Assembly: GCA_016840465.1 (NCBI GenBank)
Contig: JAEOSH010000046.1
Span: forward strand, 1-19,218
Length of the DNA stretch: 19,218 bases
Origin: Candidatus Baldrarchaeum yapensis
GTDB taxonomy: Archaea; Asgardarchaeota; Baldrarchaeia; Baldrarchaeales; Baldrarchaeaceae
Reading direction: 5' to 3'
The translations under genes and the position numbers were made by a program. Positions 16,618 through 19,218 of this stretch are shown one piece after another (position 1 is the stretch's first letter; each line of letters starts with the position of its first letter). The notes under the pieces are model-generated. The model was given only the letters and a program-made list of their open reading frames with translations, made no database searches and was not told the DNA's origin.

Positions 16618-17793
16618 ATGCCAACAAATTTACCTCCTGAAGCTCTTGCTAAACAGAAGAAATATCAAGAAGCAAAGACTTTACGGGAAAAACTTATAGC
16701 ATTAGAGGAGTTTATTGCGGCGATTCCGAAGCACAAAGGAACCGAAAATTTGTTAAAAGAATTAAAACGCAAACGAGCACAGTTGAGAAGAATGTTACGC
16801 GAAGAACAAGAGCGCAGGAGATCTTCAAAAGCAACATCGACCTTCTTCATAAAAAAGGAGGGTGCAGGGCAAATAGCGCTAATAGGTTTGCCTTCATCAG
16901 GGAAAAGCACATTACTGAGGGTATTAACAGGCAATACTATTGATCAAAAACTTGATGCATCCTCGGGAAAAATGATACCCATACCTGGGATAACGTTTTA
17001 CGAGGATGTACCAATACAGGTTGTAGAAGTTCCCTCTATTTTTGAGGGAATATATGAGTGCAGTATAGGTCCCCAAATAATGGCGTTAATAAGAAATGCT
17101 GATGCCATCGCCCTCGTTATAGACCTCACGCAAGATGTCCGGTATCAGATCACTACAATCCTCGAAGAATTGAATAAAGCCGGCATAAAGATGAACAAAA
17201 CCCCGCCTCCGGTGACAATTCAACGAACCTCAACAGGAGGTATCACCATAATTGGCGAAAAGTACATGCAAGGGTTTTCACCAAGTGATGTAATAGAAGT
17301 TCTTAAAGAAATGAAAATTTACAATGCAATAGTTAAAATTTACGGAAACATTACGTATGAGGACTTTCTCGAAGTTCTTCACAAAAATACGTATTACAAG
17401 AAAGCTATCATCATTGCAAACAAGGGAGATGCTCCAAATACACTAAAATCCTACAAAGCACTTGTTACGATGTGTAAAGATTCTTTTAAGATAATACCAG
17501 CCTCTGCAAAGTTGAAAAAGGGAACCGACGAAATAAAGAAAACATTCTTTGAAATATTGGACATAATGAGAATTTATACGAAAGATCCTAATGAGGGCGT
17601 CTCGAAAGAACCCATAATCCTAAAAAGAGGGTCAAAGGTGCTCGATCTGGCGGAGAGAATTCATTCGACATTTGTTAAGAATTTTAAGTACGCTAAAGTA
17701 TGGCGTAAAGAGGATGGCGAATCGGTAAAGGTATTAAAAGTGGGGCTCGACTTCGAACTTAAAGATGGTGATGTAGTGAGAATTTATGTCTGA
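16618..17793 (+). CDS. DRG/OBG-family GTP-binding protein with C-terminal TGS domain (degenerate G2/G3)
   Basis: MPTNLPPEA N-terminus, IPKHKGTENL, IKKEGAGQIALIG, G1 GLPSSGKS, G4 NKGD, G5 SAK. TGS domain MRIYTKDP...AERIH...FKYAKVW...VGLDFELKDGDVVRI. ATG 16618 with GGGGA SD preferred over GTG 16573. Confidence 0.9.
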   Translation: MPTNLPPEALAKQKKYQEAKTLREKLIALEEFIAAIPKHKGTENLLKELKRKRAQLRRMLREEQERRRSSKATSTFFIKKEGAGQIALIGLPSSGKSTLLRVLTGNTIDQKLDASSGKMIPIPGITFYEDVPIQVVEVPSIFEGIYECSIGPQIMALIRNADAIALVIDLTQDVRYQITTILEELNKAGIKMNKTPPPVTIQRTSTGGITIIGEKYMQGFSPSDVIEVLKEMKIYNAIVKIYGNITYEDFLEVLHKNTYYKKAIIIANKGDAPNTLKSYKALVTMCKDSFKIIPASAKLKKGTDEIKKTFFEILDIMRIYTKDPNEGVSKEPIILKRGSKVLDLAERIHSTFVKNFKYAKVWRKEDGESVKVLKVGLDFELKDGDVVRIYV

Positions 17794-18547
17794 AGGCACC
17801 GAGACATTAAATATCAAAATTGTATTAGTGAGGCCTGAGATAGAAGAGAATATAGGCTTCGTTGCGCGGGTGATGAAGAATTTCGGATTTAGGGACCTAT
17901 TAATAGTAAGTCCCAAAACAATAATAGGTTCTGGGGCTCGACGCACTGCTATGCACGCAATAGACATACTAATGAACGCAAAAATAATAGATAACTTGCA
18001 TAATGCATTGAACGATGTTGAAATGGTTATAGGGACAAGCGCACGAGTGGGATGGAATTATAACGTATTAAGAACAGCAATCACACTATCGCAGCTGTGC
18101 AATATTATAAGGAACGTGAAAGGCAACATGGCGATACTTTTCGGAAGTGAAAGTCGAGGATTAACCAATGAAGATTTAGAGATGTGCGATTTCGTAGTTA
18201 CAATAGAGACAAGCCCCGAATATCCGTCTCTTAATCTGTCTCATGCAGTTGCGATAGTACTTTACGAACTCTATAAAGCTCTCAATTCATGTACCTCTAC
18301 TCATAGATACAGACCAGCAAACCTCAAGGAAAAGGAAATATTATCCAACTTTTTCGACCAATTGCTTGAGGAGATAAACTTTCCGAAGGGGAAGAGAAGA
18401 ATAGCCTCACGTATCTTTAAAAACGTCATAGGGCGGGCGTTTATTTCGGGTAGAGAAGTCCATACATTGATAGGGGTATTCAGACGTGCCGTTGTAACAT
18501 TAAAAAGCTTAAAAAGCTTAAGGAATAGTCACAAAGACGATACATGA
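17786..18547 (+). CDS. trmJ: SPOUT-class RNA methyltransferase, TrmJ family (tRNA C32 2'-O-methyltransferase)
   Basis: IVLVRPEIEENIGFVARVMKNFG, GTSAR, LFGSESRGLTNEDLEMCD and YPSLNLSHAVAIVLYEL, plus the TrmJ-type C-terminal helical domain. Confidence 0.9.
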   Translation: MSEGTETLNIKIVLVRPEIEENIGFVARVMKNFGFRDLLIVSPKTIIGSGARRTAMHAIDILMNAKIIDNLHNALNDVEMVIGTSARVGWNYNVLRTAITLSQLCNIIRNVKGNMAILFGSESRGLTNEDLEMCDFVVTIETSPEYPSLNLSHAVAIVLYELYKALNSCTSTHRYRPANLKEKEILSNFFDQLLEEINFPKGKRRIASRIFKNVIGRAFISGREVHTLIGVFRRAVVTLKSLKSLRNSHKDDT

Positions 18548-18559
18548 GTGGTGAGTGCA

Positions 18560-19066
18560 ATGCCCGAACGTCCTGCAAGATGCTATCGGAGAATCGATAG
18601 GCCTCCGTATACAAGGAGAGAGTACATAAAAGGATTTCCACCCCCCAAAATAAGAATCTTCACCATGGGCTCGTTTGATGGAGAACCCGTTATCGAAGCA
18701 AAATTGATAGCATTAGAAGATGTACAAATACGACATAATGCACTTGAAGCTGCAAGAGTTGCAGCAAACAAGTATCTCTCAAAGATCGTCGGTGATAAAA
18801 ACTACTGGTTAAGAATAGTTCCGTATCCTCATCATATATTAAGAGAAAATAAGATGATGGCGTTCGCAGGTGCAGATAGATTGCAAGAAGGGATGAGAAA
18901 GGCATTCGGGAAACCTATCGGAACAGCCGCACGCGTAAGGAAAGGCCAGGAAATAATAATTGTGAAAATGGGTGTAGACAACGAAGCAGCAGCCAAGGAG
19001 GCGTTAAGAAGAGCAGCGTCGAAATTACCAACTCCTTGTAAAATTGTGATAAATAAGTGCAAGTGA
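18560..19066 (+). CDS. rpl10e: 50S ribosomal protein L10e (uL16)
   Basis: RPARCYRR...[67 protein letters not shown] and [16 protein letters not shown] 18560 preferred. Confidence 0.98.
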   Translation: MPERPARCYRRIDRPPYTRREYIKGFPPPKIRIFTMGSFDGEPVIEAKLIALEDVQIRHNALEAARVAANKYLSKIVGDKNYWLRIVPYPHHILRENKMMAFAGADRLQEGMRKAFGKPIGTAARVRKGQEIIIVKMGVDNEAAAKEALRRAASKLPTPCKIVINKCK

Positions 19067-19131
19067 GAAGTAAAGACTATTCACTAGGATGAATATTGCC
19101 GATACTTTCAACCATCATGGAAACCCCAACT

Positions 19132-19139
19132 TTTATAAA
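19132..19139 (+). promoter_or_regulatory. TATA box upstream of a GC-rich non-coding element
   Basis: TTTATAAA at 19132-19139, immediately followed by a switch to about 70% GC. Confidence 0.6.
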
Positions 19140-19155
19140 CCCGGCTGGGAACATC

Positions 19156-19218
19156 GATCGTGGTGCCCGTGCTGATGACCGGGCGGTCCCGATCAGGCGT
19201 GGGCGGACGCACGTGAGG
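19156..19218 (+). ncRNA. 5' part of an unidentified structured RNA (truncated by the window end)
   Basis: 55 of 78 bases in 19141-19218 are G/C (hand count). Several possible stems: GCCCG/CGGGC, GATCG/CGATC, CTGAT/ATCAG and GCGT/ACGC. Contains a box C-like TGATGA. Class not identifiable. Confidence 0.5.

Noticed and set aside
18500-18520. 9-nt tandem repeat TTAAAAAGC encoding LKSLKSL at the trmJ C-terminus
   Set aside because: Only about 2.3 units, in frame, in a variable tail. No evident function.
18545-18562. trmJ TGA in frame with uL16 (selenocysteine or readthrough fusion)
   Set aside because: The position is not a catalytic Cys-equivalent, no SECIS-like element is recognisable, and uL16 has a normal start at 18560.
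19089-19218. Terminal element read as a hammerhead ribozyme (CTGATGA), as a tRNA, or as a 28-codon ORF (MNIADT...WCPC)
   Set aside because: No GAAA follows a stem II, so it is not a hammerhead. The would-be anticodon loop lacks U33 and the D-loop is oversized. The short ORF has no supporting features.

Overview
Archaeal chromosomal window of mostly core information-processing genes. The gene set and family types suggest a TACK/Asgard-type archaeon, but this is an inference and cannot be pinned further from sequence alone. Left, minus strand: eno, rpl44e, rps27e, aIF2-alpha and nop10 (nop10 is absent from the ORF track and was read by hand), converging on the 3' part of a sequon-rich putative surface protein. 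Centre, plus strand: METTL5-like methyltransferase, csl4, DUF2067-like protein, rpoL, a Mini-III/RNase III-like protein, TFS, PCNA, priL, priS and a Gins51-type gene. Then a 4xCBS protein divergent from PEP synthase. Right, plus strand: an orphan 848-aa membrane-anchored VirB4/HerA(CedB)-like ATPase, a DRG-family TGS GTPase with degenerate switch motifs, trmJ and rpl10e (uL16). The window ends in a TATA box followed by a truncated, about 70% GC, structured non-coding element. No transposase, integrase, CRISPR array, tRNA or intein was found. The best novelty candidates are the solo VirB4/CedB-like ATPase, the possible pseudo-GTPase beside it, and the unidentified terminal RNA.
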